64,000 bases of DNA. Source: Vicinamibacterales bacterium. Lineage in GTDB: Bacteria > Acidobacteriota > Vicinamibacteria > Vicinamibacterales > G965250185. The position numbers and the translations under genes were made by a program. The notes under the pieces were generated by a model. The model was not told the origin of the DNA. It did no database searches and saw only the letters and a program-made list of their open reading frames with translations. Shown in pieces: positions 1 to 8,244 of the stretch. How positions within the stretch are numbered: position 1 is the stretch's first letter; each line of letters opens with the position of its first letter. Location: NCBI GenBank assembly GCA_965250185.1, contig OZ252293.1, forward strand, positions 1,607,862-1,671,861, given 5' to 3'.

Positions 1-677
1 TCGAGGTGTTCGCCGAGACTCGCGACGTCGGCCGCCCAGCCACGGACGGCCTCGGCGTCATCCACGAGCGCTCGCACGGCCTGTTCGGGTGTCAGCTCGT
101 CACGGTTCAGGGTTTGGACGAGGTGATGCTCCCAGCGTTCGTACTCTGGCCAGCCCATGAGTGTGCCCGGTCGCAGGAGTGGCGGAATCGCATCGCGCAC
201 GTCGAGGCCGTCGAGAGACCCTGCGGTGAGCAGACTGGCTGGCGCCCGCACGATGCGCAAGTCGGCCGGGGAGTCTACCAGCATCCGAGCGGCAGTGGGG
301 CAGTAGTGCGAAAGGGTCACCGACGTGTGGTCGGGCCCCAGAACGCTCACTCGTGGGAACTGCTGACACTGCACCGGCAACCGCCCGATGCCCAGCTGGC
401 GATGAATGGCGCAGCGGGTGTCGGCGTCGAGGAAGACGCAGGCGCCGCTCGAGTCAGCGACTACGACCGCGGCGACGTCTCGCGGTGCACGGTTCGGAGC
501 CAGAAACGGTCCGTCGTCGTCGGTCGGCCGACTCGTTCGCAGGGCGCCTGACTCGAGCGCGTTCGTGAGAAACACGAGCGCATCCGGCGCGACCGGCAGA
601 TGCCAGCCGGTACGGCAGCAGGTGCCGGAGTGAGCGCAGCGATAGTTCGCGTGGATGCTCAGACAGCGCACGGACAC
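1..677 (-). CDS. YkgJ-family cysteine-cluster (zinc/iron-chelating) protein, C-terminus outside window
   Basis: Absent from the ORF track because there is no stop inside the window. Manual minus-strand translation from GTG at 677 gives VSVRCLSIHANYRCAHSGTCCRTGWHLPV...GACVFLDADTRCAIHRQLGIGRLPVQCQQFPR. This shows the C..CC and 'C.FL....C.I....P..C..FP' pattern of YkgJ/PF03692 proteins. The frame stays open to position 1. Confidence 0.5.
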   Translation of the reverse strand, partial: MSVRCLSIHANYRCAHSGTCCRTGWHLPVAPDALVFLTNALESGALRTSRPTDDDGPFLAPNRAPRDVAAVVVADSSGACVFLDADTRCAIHRQLGIGRLPVQCQQFPRVSVLGPDHTSVTLSHYCPTAARMLVDSPADLRIVRAPASLLTAGSLDGLDVRDAIPPLLRPGTLMGWPEYERWEHHLVQTLNRDELTPEQAVRALVDDAEAVRGWAADVASLGEHL

Positions 678-779
678 TGTGTAGAGGATATGCGAAGGGA
701 TGGTGGGTGGTGATTGGTGGGCCGGGGTCAAGACGCTTGGAACCACGCACTATCAATCAATGTATCGTATGATTATCGT

Positions 780-1112
780 ATGAACAAGAAGGCCATCTCC
801 GTGACGCTGTCCCCCGACAACCTGGTCTGGCTCCGGGCGCGGACGCTCGTGGAGCAGAATCGCAGCATCAGTGAGACGCTCGATCGTCTCGTGCGCCAGG
901 CGCGCAGCGGACAGGACGGTCGGCTCGCCGAGGTACGGTCGGTCGCCGGCAGCGTCACGATCGACGAGCGGGATCCGGATCTCTCGACGGCAGACGCCGT
1001 CGTCCGCGATCTGTTTTCCCGGTCGCTGGCCCGGCCACACGGCGAAGCCGAAGTCGAGGCCGGTGACGTGCTGAGCGCGAATCGTGTGGCGGAGAAGCGT
1101 GGCCGTGGCTGA
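780..1112 (+). CDS. Ribbon-helix-helix (CopG/VapB-like) antitoxin
   Basis: ORF 714..1112 trimmed to ATG 780. MNKKAISVTLSPDNLVWLRARTL..SISETLDRLV is an RHH-like N-terminus. The stop overlaps the downstream PIN gene. Confidence 0.6.
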   Translation: MNKKAISVTLSPDNLVWLRARTLVEQNRSISETLDRLVRQARSGQDGRLAEVRSVAGSVTIDERDPDLSTADAVVRDLFSRSLARPHGEAEVEAGDVLSANRVAEKRGRG

Positions 1113-1512
1113 TCTCCCGGCCGCCGTCACCGACACGCACGCGCTCATCTTCCACGCGGCTGGTGGGCACCGGCTCGGAAGGCGCGCCGCCCGGCACTTC
1201 GCCGCGTGCGAGCAGCAACAGGCCCTCCTCTACGTGCCCGCCATCGTGATGTGGGAATGCAGCTTGCTCGTCCGGATCGGTCGGGTGATTCTCGGCCAGT
1301 CCGTACGGGCGTTCTTCGACGATCTGTTCAGCAACCCAGCGTATCAGCCGCTCGATCTCACACCCGAGCAGGTGCTGCTGGCGGACGAATGGCAACCCAA
1401 CTGCGACCCGTTCGATGCCCTGATCTGTGCCGCAGCCCGGAGCCTCGATCTTCCGCTAGTCACGCGCGACACGGAGATCAGGAAGTCGCGGCTGGTGAGG
1501 GTGGTATGGTGA
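1084..1512 (+). CDS. vapC: PIN-domain ribonuclease toxin VapC
   Basis: 'AVTDTHALIFH' supplies the first acidic residue. 'DPFDALICAAARSLDLPLVTRDTEI' is the typical PIN C-terminal motif. The gene overlaps the antitoxin stop. The real start may be GTG 1099 or 1105. Confidence 0.75.
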   Translation: MWRRSVAVADLPAAVTDTHALIFHAAGGHRLGRRAARHFAACEQQQALLYVPAIVMWECSLLVRIGRVILGQSVRAFFDDLFSNPAYQPLDLTPEQVLLADEWQPNCDPFDALICAAARSLDLPLVTRDTEIRKSRLVRVVW

Positions 1513-1572
1513 GGGTACCGGCCCGAGTTCAATGAGGGCCCCGCGTCCTCTGTCCTGAGCCGTCTGTATCAC

Positions 1573-2313
1573 ATGAAGGTCGCCACCTGGAACGTGAACG
1601 GGATTCGAGCCCGCTGCGCGCAGCTGCAGGCGTGGCTTGCGCGGGACCAACCGGACATCGTGTGTCTTCAAGAAATCAAGGCGGCGCCGGATCAGTTGTT
1701 CGGCCTGTGCGACGTCGACGATTACTGGGTGCGCTGGCACGGCATGAAGGGGTACTCGGGCGTCGCGGTTCTCGTCCGCAGGGCCTTCCATGAGAAGGAG
1801 CCGGAGTTCGCGGTGCCCTCGTTCGACTTCGAAACCCGCATTCTCGTGGCGACGCTCGACGATTTGACCGTAGCCTCGGTGTACGTGCCGAACGGCGGAA
1901 AGGACTTCACGGCAAAGCTGCGGTTCTTCGACGACCTCGAGACGTTCGCCGTGCAGAGGCTGTCGGCTGCCGGTGATCTTGTCATCTGCGGCGACCTCAA
2001 CGTCACGCGCAGCGAGATGGATGTGCATCCGAAAGAACGCAAGCCGAAGGCGATCGGTCAGCTCCCGGAGGAGCGCGCCTGGCTCGAGCGCATGCTGTCC
2101 CACGGACTCGTGGACGTCGGTCGATCGCTCGACCCGGACAACGACGAGATGTTCAGCTGGTGGGCGCCGTGGCGCAACATGCGCCAGAAGAACATCGGCT
2201 GGCGCTTGGACTACCTGCTCGCGAATGCCGAGCTCGGCCGCCGCGCGACCGAGTGCCCGGTCCTGAGGGACGTCGGCACCAGCGACCACGGGCCCGTGAT
2301 GGGGGTGTGGTGA
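1573..2313 (+). CDS. xthA: Exodeoxyribonuclease III
   Basis: MKVATWNVNGIRAR...PDIVCLQEIK...GDLNV...SDHGPV are canonical ExoIII/AP-endonuclease motifs. Confidence 0.9.
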   Translation: MKVATWNVNGIRARCAQLQAWLARDQPDIVCLQEIKAAPDQLFGLCDVDDYWVRWHGMKGYSGVAVLVRRAFHEKEPEFAVPSFDFETRILVATLDDLTVASVYVPNGGKDFTAKLRFFDDLETFAVQRLSAAGDLVICGDLNVTRSEMDVHPKERKPKAIGQLPEERAWLERMLSHGLVDVGRSLDPDNDEMFSWWAPWRNMRQKNIGWRLDYLLANAELGRRATECPVLRDVGTSDHGPVMGVW

Positions 2314-2334
2314 GGGCGACCGCGGCATGCCGCG

Positions 2335-2387
2335 GAATGTTGAATGTTGAATGCCGAATGTTGAATTGTCGCGGAATGTTCACGGAA
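2335..2387. repeat. Degenerate GAATGTT/GAATGCC heptamer tandem array
   Basis: Reads gaatgtt gaatgtt gaatgcc gaatgtt gaattgt, then cgcggaatgttcacggaac. It is preceded by the perfect 14-bp palindrome cgcggcatgccgcg (2321-2334) just after the xthA stop. Confidence 0.85.
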
Positions 2388-2418
2388 CTGAACGATGTCG
2401 TGAAGCCCCTGCGAACTC

Positions 2419-3048
2419 TTGAACGGCCCTGCGCCCATGTCTCTCGAGCCTCACTGGAACCACATCTACTCGACGAAGCAATCTGACGAGGTCAGCTGGT
2501 ACCAGACCGAGCCGACGGTCTCGCTGCGGCTGATCGACGGGCTCGCGTTGCCGCCGGATGCCGGTGTCATCGACATCGGGGGCGGGGACTCCCGCTTCGT
2601 CGATCACCTGCTCGCCCGCGGATTCGACCGTGTCTCCGTGCTCGACATCTCCGGCGCGGCGCTTGCCCGGGCGAAGGCACGGCTCGGGGCTGCGCAGCAT
2701 CGCGTCACCTGGATCGAAGCCGACGTCACCGAAGCGTGGCAGAGCGCGTCCGCGGGTCTCTGGCACGACCGGGCGGTGTTCCACTTCCTGACGGAGGCCG
2801 GGGCCCGTGCCAGCTATCTCACGCATCTTCGCCGAATCGTCGAGCCGCGGGGCCACGTCATCTTGGCGACGTTCGCCCTCGACGGTCCCGAGAAGTGCAG
2901 TGGCCTGCCGGTCGTCCGCTACTCGGCCGACACGCTCGCAGCCGAGCTCGGGCCAGGGTTCGGGCTGGAAGAGACGCTCAACGAGGCCCACCCGACACCG
3001 TTCGGCACGACCCAGGCCTTCTGCTACTGTCACTTCCGCCGTGCGTAG
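2419..3048 (+). CDS. Class I SAM-dependent methyltransferase
   Basis: 'VIDIGGGDSRFVDHLLARGFDRVSVLDIS' is the SAM-binding motif I plus the acidic loop. Confidence 0.8.
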   Translation: MNGPAPMSLEPHWNHIYSTKQSDEVSWYQTEPTVSLRLIDGLALPPDAGVIDIGGGDSRFVDHLLARGFDRVSVLDISGAALARAKARLGAAQHRVTWIEADVTEAWQSASAGLWHDRAVFHFLTEAGARASYLTHLRRIVEPRGHVILATFALDGPEKCSGLPVVRYSADTLAAELGPGFGLEETLNEAHPTPFGTTQAFCYCHFRRA

Positions 3049-3260
3049 ATGCGACGGCCTTAGAACACGTATCACGTGCCAATCGCGACGAGATTCATGA
3101 CCGTCCGTTGCTCTCTCGACACGAATGTAGGATCGTGAGTGAGATGGTCGAGCGGGCATGAAGCCACGCTCGGCATGTAGCCGCAGGCGACGACATCGTC
3201 GTCATCGTCTTCGTTGACAGGAGGTTTTGTCCCTCAAAATGGAGGATCTGGGGAGGAACC

Positions 3261-3701
3261 GTGGCGACCCTCAACATCAAGAATCTCTCTGACGCACTCT
3301 ACCGCAAGCTCCAGAAGCGCGCGAAGAAGCACCATCGGTCAGTTGCCCAGGAGGTGACCACCATCCTGGCCGAGGCCGTGGAGCAGCCTGAGCCTCTCTC
3401 GATCCTCGATCTACAGGGGCTCGGCAAGGACGTCCGGATGGACCGTCGACGCCGCGATGCACGTCGAGGCGGAGCGGCGTTCTTGGGACTGATCGACGAC
3501 CTGGGATCGGGACTGGTCGCGGTCGATACGTCCGACTTCATCTACTTCACAGAGGAACACCTGGACCACCTTCCGATCGTCAAGCCGCTGTTCGAGCAGA
3601 TCGACGCAGACCGGCGCATGGCAGTGACCTCTGCCTTGACGCTGCTCGAGGTTCTGGTCGAAGCCGCGCCCTGCGACACCCTCCTACCGAGGACGCTATA
3701 A
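3261..3701 (+). pseudogene. Decayed vapB-vapC-like toxin-antitoxin locus (frameshifted antitoxin fused to a truncated PIN)
   Basis: The N-terminus MATLNIKNLSDALYRKLQKRAKKHHRSVAQEV is an Arc/FitA-type antitoxin. The expected antitoxin C-terminus '..WTVDAAMHVEAERRSWD*' lies in the +1 frame (3436-3492). A PIN N-terminus 'LVAVDTSDFIYF' follows from TTG 3483 and stops after about 72 aa at 3701. Confidence 0.5.
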
Positions 3702-3740
3702 TCGCCCGGTCGCATCAAACTCGGAGTTGGCACGAATGCC

Positions 3741-3761
3741 CGCCCACCGTAGCGGTGGGCG
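3741..3761 (+). terminator. GC-rich hairpin (9-bp stem, 3-nt loop)
   Basis: cgcccaccg-tag-cggtgggcg lies after the truncated PIN ORF. There is no U-tract, so this is weak as an intrinsic terminator. Confidence 0.25.
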
Positions 3762-3826
3762 AAGGTGGGCCACCACGAACCCTGGGATCCTGGCACCCTT
3801 GGACCCCGGGACCGACAGCGTTCCCC

Positions 3827-5551
3827 ATGAGGATCTCCATGACCGTTTCCCCAGCCCGACGGCTGACTCGAGCGTTTGCCTTTGCCCTGATCGTCGCCGT
3901 AGCGCTGAGCGCCTGCAACGGCGGTGCCGACTCAGCCTTCAGGATCGAAGTCTCCTTCCCTGAATCCCTCGAGTCGGAACCACTCGACGGCCGCGTCATC
4001 GTCGTCCTGTCGACGAACGACGATGACGAGCCGAGGTTCCAGGCGAGGCGTGGCCTCGGCACGCAACCCATCTTCGGCATCGACGTCGACGGCCTGGCGC
4101 CTGGCCAGCCGGCGGTGCTCGACGGCAGCGTCCGCGGCTATCCGGTCGAATCGCTCGACGAGCTGCCGGCGGGCGACTACTTCGTGCAGGCCGTCCTGAA
4201 CCGCTACACGACATTCGAACGCGCCGACGGCCACACGATCAAGGCCCACATGGATCAGTGGGAAGGGCAGAAGTGGAATCGCTCGCCCGGAAATCTGCTC
4301 AGCGAACCGACGACGGTCACCATCGATCCGGCAGCGGGCGGCACGGTCTCTATCGATCTCTCATCCGAGATTCCACCGATCGACCCACCGGAGGATACGG
4401 AGTTCGTCAAGCACATCACGTTCCGGAGCGACATCTTGAGCGACTGGTGGGGCCATGACATCCAGCTGGGCGCGGTGGTCGTCTTGCCACCGGGCTTCGA
4501 CGATCATCCCGACGCGCGCTACCCGGTGGCGTACCTCCAGGGGCACTTTCCGCGGACGTTCACCGGCTTTCGCGAGGATCCGCCCGGCGATGATCTCGAG
4601 GGTCGCGCCCGTGCGCGCGCCGAGGGCGCGTATCGCTTCTATCAGGACTGGACCTCGGGCCGGTTGCCCAAGTCGCTGATCGTCCTGATCCAGCACCCGA
4701 CGCCGTTCTACGACGACTCATACGCGGTGAACTCGGAGAACAACGGTCCCTACGGCGATGCGCTCACGCAGGAGTTCATTCCGAGAGTCGAGGAGCAGTT
4801 CCGCGCCATCGGCGAGCCGTGGGCTCGCACGGTCTACGGTGGGTCGACCGGCGGCTGGGAGTCGCTCGCCTGGCAAATCTTCTATCCCGACATGTTCAAC
4901 GGCACCTGGACGTTCTGCCCCGACCCGGTGGACTTCAACTACTTCCAGATGGTGAACATCTACGAGGACGATAACGCGTTCTACCCGAACAGCGAGTGGA
5001 AGACGAGCGCGATCCGGCCGTGGCAACGCGGCACGGACGACCGGGTAACCATGAACCAGCGCGACGCGAGCCACTTCGAGGCGGTGCTCGGGACGAAGGG
5101 GCGATCGGGCGACCAGATGGACATCTTCATGTCCGTATACGGCCCGGTCGGTGACGATGGATACCCGAAGCTGCTGTACGACAAGTGGACGGGTGAGATC
5201 GACAAGGCCGTCGTCGAGTACTGGCGCGAGAACTACGACCTCAATCACATCCTCCAGCGCGACTGGGAGACGCTCGGGCCGAAGCTCGTCGGCAAGCTAC
5301 ACATCTACATGGGCGACATGGACACGTATTTCCTGGAGGAAGCGACGTTCCTCATGCAGGAGTTCCTGGAGAGCACGACCGAGCCGTACTACGACGGCAC
5401 GTTCGACATCGGCGCGCGCCAGCCGCACTGCTACTCCGGGACGCCCGAGTTTCCTGGCCAGACCTCACATCATCGGGTGTTGCCGCTCATGCAAGAGCGG
5501 ATACTCTCCACCGCGCCGGCCGGAGCGGATACGAGAAGCTGGCGTTATTAG
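3827..5551 (+). CDS. Lipoprotein with esterase-like alpha/beta-hydrolase domain
   Basis: ORF 3755..5551 trimmed to ATG 3827. The lipobox is 'ALSAC'. 'YGGSTGGWESLAWQIFYPDMF' resembles the nucleophile elbow of the putative-esterase (enterochelin-esterase-like) family. Confidence 0.6.
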   Translation: MRISMTVSPARRLTRAFAFALIVAVALSACNGGADSAFRIEVSFPESLESEPLDGRVIVVLSTNDDDEPRFQARRGLGTQPIFGIDVDGLAPGQPAVLDGSVRGYPVESLDELPAGDYFVQAVLNRYTTFERADGHTIKAHMDQWEGQKWNRSPGNLLSEPTTVTIDPAAGGTVSIDLSSEIPPIDPPEDTEFVKHITFRSDILSDWWGHDIQLGAVVVLPPGFDDHPDARYPVAYLQGHFPRTFTGFREDPPGDDLEGRARARAEGAYRFYQDWTSGRLPKSLIVLIQHPTPFYDDSYAVNSENNGPYGDALTQEFIPRVEEQFRAIGEPWARTVYGGSTGGWESLAWQIFYPDMFNGTWTFCPDPVDFNYFQMVNIYEDDNAFYPNSEWKTSAIRPWQRGTDDRVTMNQRDASHFEAVLGTKGRSGDQMDIFMSVYGPVGDDGYPKLLYDKWTGEIDKAVVEYWRENYDLNHILQRDWETLGPKLVGKLHIYMGDMDTYFLEEATFLMQEFLESTTEPYYDGTFDIGARQPHCYSGTPEFPGQTSHHRVLPLMQERILSTAPAGADTRSWRY

Positions 5552-5557
5552 GGGCGG

Positions 5558-5617
5558 CGCGGAACGAACACGGAACTTGCACGGAACGAAAACGGAACGA
5601 CACGGAATGTGAACGGG
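5558..5617. repeat. ACGGAAC motif repeated with 11-bp phase
   Basis: The sequence is gcgCGGAACgaacaCGGAACttgcaCGGAACgaaaaCGGAACgacaCGGAATgtgaaCGG, with spacings of 11, 11, 11, 10 and 11 bp. Confidence 0.85.
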
Positions 5618-5783
5618 TCGGTGGGCGGATTGGTCACCGAGTGTCGCAGGGGGTCCGGGGCGCTGCGACGCCCTCCTAGATTGGCATCGACGGGGTCATC
5701 CTATCTCTGAACTCGCTCTGTCTGTCCGTGGCATCCGCAAGCAGTACCCGGGGGTACTGGCGGTCGCCGGCGTCGACCTCGAG

Positions 5784-6623
5784 GTGCGCCGTGGCGAGGT
5801 CTTCGGCCTGCTCGGTCCGAACGGCGCCGGCAAGACCACGACCCTGGAGATGATCGAGGGCCTGACTGCGCGCGACGACGGCGATATCGAGATCCTCGGT
5901 CTGACCTGGGAACGCGACGGCCGCGCGATTCGGTCACGCATCGGCGTCCAGCTGCAAGCGACCAGCCTGTTCAATAAAATCACCGTGCGCGAAGCCCTCG
6001 ATCTGTTCGCCGGCTACTATCCGCGCTGCCGCCCAACCGACGACCTGTTGCGCTTGGTCGCCCTCGAGGAGAAGGCCGACGCCTACCACGCGACGCTGTC
6101 GGGCGGGCAGATGCAGCGCCTGGCCCTGGCCCTGGCCCTCGTCAACGATCCGGAGTTGGTGTTCCTCGACGAGCCGACGACCGGGCTCGACCCGCAGGGG
6201 AGGCGGTCGTTGTGGGAGTTGGTTCAGCAAATGCAGGCGGAAGGCCGGACGGTCGTGCTGACGACACACTACATGGACGAGGCCGAGGCGCTGTGCGACC
6301 GGCTGGCGATCATGGACCACGGCACAGTGCTGACCGGCGGCACACCCCCTGAGCTCATCGCCGGACTCGCCATCCCGAGTGTCATCGAGCTGACCTTTAC
6401 CGGCGAGGCGCCGGAGCCGGCCGGATTCGGCGCCAGGCTCGGGATCGATATCGAGCCGCGCGGCGAGCGCTGGGAGATCCCGACTCGGGACCCGAAGGGT
6501 TTGCTCGGGCGGCTCCTCGACATCGCCGAGCGCGAAGCGCTGCCATACGAACAGGTCCACATCCGCCGGGCGAGCCTCGAGGATGTGTTTCTGCACTTGA
6601 CCGGGTGCAGCCTACGGGAGTGA
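5784..6623 (+). CDS. ABC transporter ATP-binding protein (ABC-2 exporter type)
   Basis: Contains Walker A GPNGAGKTT, signature LSGGQ and Walker B LVFLDEP. The true start is probably upstream of 5784 (see findings). Confidence 0.85.
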   Translation: MRRGEVFGLLGPNGAGKTTTLEMIEGLTARDDGDIEILGLTWERDGRAIRSRIGVQLQATSLFNKITVREALDLFAGYYPRCRPTDDLLRLVALEEKADAYHATLSGGQMQRLALALALVNDPELVFLDEPTTGLDPQGRRSLWELVQQMQAEGRTVVLTTHYMDEAEALCDRLAIMDHGTVLTGGTPPELIAGLAIPSVIELTFTGEAPEPAGFGARLGIDIEPRGERWEIPTRDPKGLLGRLLDIAEREALPYEQVHIRRASLEDVFLHLTGCSLRE

Positions 6624-6627
6624 AACG

Positions 6628-7764
6628 ATGCAGGAGAGACACCTGAATCCGGCGGTACTGCTGTGGCGCCAGTTCGTCATCGAGTGGAAGTTGTATGCGC
6701 GCGACCGACACGCGATGTTCTGGGGCTTCATGTTTCCGATCGCGCTGTTGGTCGGTCTCGGCACGGTGTTTAGCTCCGGCGAATCGCCGCGCCTGACGCT
6801 GATATGGGTGCCGCCGGTCGTCGTCGATCACCGCGACGATGCGCTTCTCGCGGCGCTTGTCGACACCCGGCTCGAGGTGGTGACGCTGACCGCCGATGAG
6901 GCCGGCGAGCGATGGCGCCGCGGCGACACAGCGGCAGAATTGAGCCGCGACGGCGACGACCTGCACATGCGCCTCAATAGCTATCTCCTGGTCCAGGGTC
7001 AGGCGACGGCGCAGGCGGTCGACATCGCTTATCTCGTCTCCCAGGCGCGCCTCAGCGGCGCTCCAGAGCCGGCGCGGATGCCGGTCACGGTCGAGAGCCC
7101 GGGCCGATCACGGACCGGCAACTACGCCGAGTTTCTGCTCCCCGGGCTGCTCGGGTTGAACCTGCTGACGATGGGACTGTTCAGCGTCGGGATGGTGAAC
7201 GTCGCGTACCGCGAAAAGGGCAAGTTTCGGCGCCTAGCGGTCACGCCGTTGCCGAAGTGGATCTTCTTGTCGGGTCAGATCTGTCACCGCGTCACGTTGA
7301 CCGTGGCACAGGCGACGGCCATCCTGCTGGTTGGCTGGGGCGAGTTCGGCATCGCCAACCGCGGCTCGTATCTGTTGCTCATCGCCATCCTGCTGGTCGG
7401 CACGGCGGCCTTCATGGCCCTCGGCTTCGCTCTCTCGAGCTTTGCCGACACCACCGAGGCGTACTCTCCACTGGCTAACCTGGTGCTCCTGCCGATGATG
7501 TTTCTCTCGGGAGTCTATTTCACCCTCGACGCGGCGCCGCGCTGGCTCCAGAGCGCGGTCCAGGTGCTGCCGCTCTCGCCATACCTGAAGGCGCTCCGGG
7601 CGGTCTTCAACGATGGCGCCGCGCCGGCCTTGCCGGTCACGGCGGCGGGCTGCTCGTGGTGGCGCTGTGGGGAGCCGCCGCCTTCATCGTCGCCCTCAAA
7701 CGCTTCCGCTGGGCTTGACCGCGGACGCGGAGGATCGCTCGCGCTCATGGAGTTTCTAGAGTGA
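6628..7764 (+). CDS. ABC-2 family transporter permease (3' end apparently frameshifted; conserved C-terminus ends at 7718)
   Basis: Multi-TM ABC-2 permease that starts 5 nt after the ATPase stop. Its last ~45 codons are P/S/G-rich. A shifted frame reads LAGHGGGLLVVALWGAAAFIVALKRFRWA* and ends at 7718. Confidence 0.75.
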   Translation: MQERHLNPAVLLWRQFVIEWKLYARDRHAMFWGFMFPIALLVGLGTVFSSGESPRLTLIWVPPVVVDHRDDALLAALVDTRLEVVTLTADEAGERWRRGDTAAELSRDGDDLHMRLNSYLLVQGQATAQAVDIAYLVSQARLSGAPEPARMPVTVESPGRSRTGNYAEFLLPGLLGLNLLTMGLFSVGMVNVAYREKGKFRRLAVTPLPKWIFLSGQICHRVTLTVAQATAILLVGWGEFGIANRGSYLLLIAILLVGTAAFMALGFALSSFADTTEAYSPLANLVLLPMMFLSGVYFTLDAAPRWLQSAVQVLPLSPYLKALRAVFNDGAAPALPVTAAGCSWWRCGEPPPSSSPSNASAGLDRGRGGSLALMEFLE

Positions 7765-7841
7765 TCAGTGCGCGAGACTCAGCGCGGATGCCGCATCCCC
7801 GCACCCTGGAACGCCTTGAATTTTTGAACGCTTGGACGGCC

Positions 7842-8192
7842 CTACTCCGGCATTTCGTCCGACGGGTCCGGGAGATACACCCGTGACAGGTAGTTCAAGG
7901 CAACCGCCACTCCCTGTCGATACTCCATCGTTGCGATGAGTGGCACGACCATCGCGGCGAAGAAGCTCGCGAGGATCCACCATTCGGTTGCACGGAATCC
8001 GAAGTACAGGACGATGACCCCGAAGGCGACCGGGATTCTGTCGCCAATGATCCAGAAGCCCCAGAGGTCGCCTTGATTGCGCAGATAGACCAAGCCGCAG
8101 ACGCGGCAGCACTCGTAGAGCGTGAACCACTTCCGGAAGAGTGGCCCCTCACCGCAGTGCGGGCAGCGTCGTCGCAGTCCGCGCGTGAGCAC
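7842..8192 (-). CDS. DUF983 family membrane protein
   Basis: 'CPHCGEGPLF...CCRVCGL' is a zinc ribbon, followed by two TM helices. This is the typical DUF983 layout. Confidence 0.7.
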   Translation of the reverse strand: MLTRGLRRRCPHCGEGPLFRKWFTLYECCRVCGLVYLRNQGDLWGFWIIGDRIPVAFGVIVLYFGFRATEWWILASFFAAMVVPLIATMEYRQGVAVALNYLSRVYLPDPSDEMPE

Positions 8193-8244
8193 CGTGGAGG
8201 TGATCGGACGCGGACGCGGCGCGGCGGGCGGGTCGTGGGGACCG

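Noticed and set aside
6-551. 181-aa + strand ORF at the window start
   Set aside because: Its composition is R/G/H-rich with no recognisable motif. The opposite strand across the same bases encodes a clean Cys-cluster (YkgJ-like) protein that runs off the window.
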